Origin: an uncultured Desulfobulbia bacterium
GTDB lineage: Bacteria > Desulfobacterota > Desulfobulbia > Desulfobulbales > VMSU01
DNA length: 40,145 nucleotides
Direction: 5' to 3'
Assembly: GCA_964654555.1 (NCBI GenBank)
Contig: CAZZJP010000001.1
Coordinates: 1 to 40,145, forward strand
Part shown: positions 38,915-40,145 of the stretch, piece after piece
Position numbering within the stretch: position 1 is the stretch's first letter
Layout: each line of letters begins with the position of its first letter
Notes under the pieces: generated by a model
The model's database searches: none
The model's input: only the letters and a program-made list of their open reading frames with translations
What the model was told of the DNA's origin: nothing
Made by a program: the position numbers and the translations under genes

Positions 38915-40102
38915 GTGAAAAAAGAATGTCTTGAAGGTCTGAGTCTCAAGGCGGAGGCGGAAGGCTCGGCATACCAGATTCTTGTTGTTGACGATGAGGT
39001 AGGCCAGCGTTTGCTGTTGCGGGGTATTCTGGAGGAAAATGGTTATTGTCGGACAACGGCAGCCTCATCAGGGGAGGAGGCCCTGAAAATTATAGAGGCT
39101 GGCTCTGTTGATCTGCTGATTACCGACATAACTATGCCCGGCATGGACGGTCTTACTCTCATTACCGAGGCTCGCAGGCTCTGTGATGATTTTATTACCC
39201 TGGTGGTTACCGGCGCCGATGACAAGGAGACTCCTATTGCCGCTCTTAATGCCGGGGCCTTCGGTTATATGCAGAAGCCGATAGTTTTAGATGATGTTCT
39301 TTATCACACCCATCGGGCTTTGGAATATCTTGAGATGAGGCGTCTGATCGCCATGCAGGAGGAGGCTAATCTCCGTCAGACCTTGCTGGCCCATGGCGGC
39401 CGGATGGCAGCCCTCGGTGAGATGGCGGCTGCCATGGCCCACGAAATTAATCAGCCTTTGAATATTATGTCTATCGTGGTGCAGGGCTGGGAAATACTGG
39501 CAGCAAGAGGGCGCCTGGATATAGATAAGGTGCTAAAGGATGTGGACAAGCTGCGTGGTAATATAGAGCGGATCAGCGGTCTCATTGATCACGTCCGCCG
39601 TCTTGGGCGTCAGAGCCGGGATTTGATGGAGATCTACCCTTCAGAGGTTATCTGTCAGGCCCTGGACCTTTGTCATGTGCAGCTCAAAAAGCATAATATT
39701 GATCTGCTGGTTGAGGTTGACCCTGATCTCCCCGCCGTTATGGGGGCAGCAAATGAGCTGGAACAGGTAATTATGAATTTAGTGGCTAATGCCCGTTACG
39801 CCATCGAGGAACGAGTCAGTAATGAGGATATCAGAGGCTGGATTGAGGTCAGGGCTGCTTGTATTGACGGGCAAATTGAAATTATTATTAAAGATAATGG
39901 CGGCGGCCTGCCGGTTGTCACGGCCCGCAAGGCCTTTGAGGCATTTTTCAGCACCAAACCTGTGGGTGTGGGTACGGGTCTGGGTCTGAGCATCAGTAAG
40001 GAGATAATTGAGAGGTTCAAGGGCACAATTACCTTGCGCAACCAGCCGGGTGAAGGGGCGGAGTTTGTGATTGAGATTGAGGGGTGTTGCTTGCGGACTT
40101 AG
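38915..40102 (+). CDS. Cytoplasmic hybrid kinase: receiver + HisKA + HATPase (NtrB-like)
   Basis: VVDDE, ITDITMP, QKP; H-box AHEINQP, NLVANA, DNGGG, FFSTK, GTGLGL; start uncertain. Confidence 0.92.
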   Translation: MKKECLEGLSLKAEAEGSAYQILVVDDEVGQRLLLRGILEENGYCRTTAASSGEEALKIIEAGSVDLLITDITMPGMDGLTLITEARRLCDDFITLVVTGADDKETPIAALNAGAFGYMQKPIVLDDVLYHTHRALEYLEMRRLIAMQEEANLRQTLLAHGGRMAALGEMAAAMAHEINQPLNIMSIVVQGWEILAARGRLDIDKVLKDVDKLRGNIERISGLIDHVRRLGRQSRDLMEIYPSEVICQALDLCHVQLKKHNIDLLVEVDPDLPAVMGAANELEQVIMNLVANARYAIEERVSNEDIRGWIEVRAACIDGQIEIIIKDNGGGLPVVTARKAFEAFFSTKPVGVGTGLGLSISKEIIERFKGTITLRNQPGEGAEFVIEIEGCCLRT

Positions 40103-40145
40103 GGATATAATACTGCTTACCTGTCACAATCCGAATTTCGCAATC
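40089..40145. repeat. Heptamer inverted-repeat element, family A (runs off the window edge)
   Basis: GCTTGCGGACTTAGG (contains the TAG stop) ... CAATCCGAATTTCGCAATC. Confidence 0.6.

Noticed and set aside
22949-40145. Heptamer junction elements as a CRISPR array or integron attC sites
   Set aside because: No constant-length direct repeats with spacers, no cas or intI gene, and no consistent RYYYAAC/GTTRRRY boxes. The cassette idea is kept only as an analogy.

Overview
The window has two parts, and gene order plus protein style suggest a Desulfobacterota (Desulfobulbales-like) genome (inference). Bases 1-19.9 kb are housekeeping. They carry rho-rpmE-prfA-prmC-murA, a PilZ protein and a 2-Cys peroxiredoxin. 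A minus-strand run holds a receiver protein, mazG, rpsF (with S6:S18 leader), rpsR, DUF2232, rplI, dnaB, leuS, lptE, tkt and dusB. ppaC closes this half, and small GTAAC/GTAAG-ended inverted-repeat elements lie between genes. Bases 20.2-40.1 kb are one co-directional chemosensory cluster with no membrane receptor. Its order is: ParA-like ATPase, REC-NrtA/CmpA-like binding domain-TPR fusion, lid-less Hsp70, soluble double-signalling-domain MCP (DosM-like), triple CheW with an inserted CZB zinc-binding domain, CheB, eroded cheA and receiver pseudogenes, HEAT protein, CheR, CheY, multi-Hpt CheA with MshEN-like repeats, a receiver, a second CheA and a REC-histidine kinase. Almost every non-overlapping gene junction in this cluster holds an inverted 7-nt-periodic repeat hairpin of one of two families, often overlapping the upstream stop codon. 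All calls come from visual motif recognition; no searches were run.
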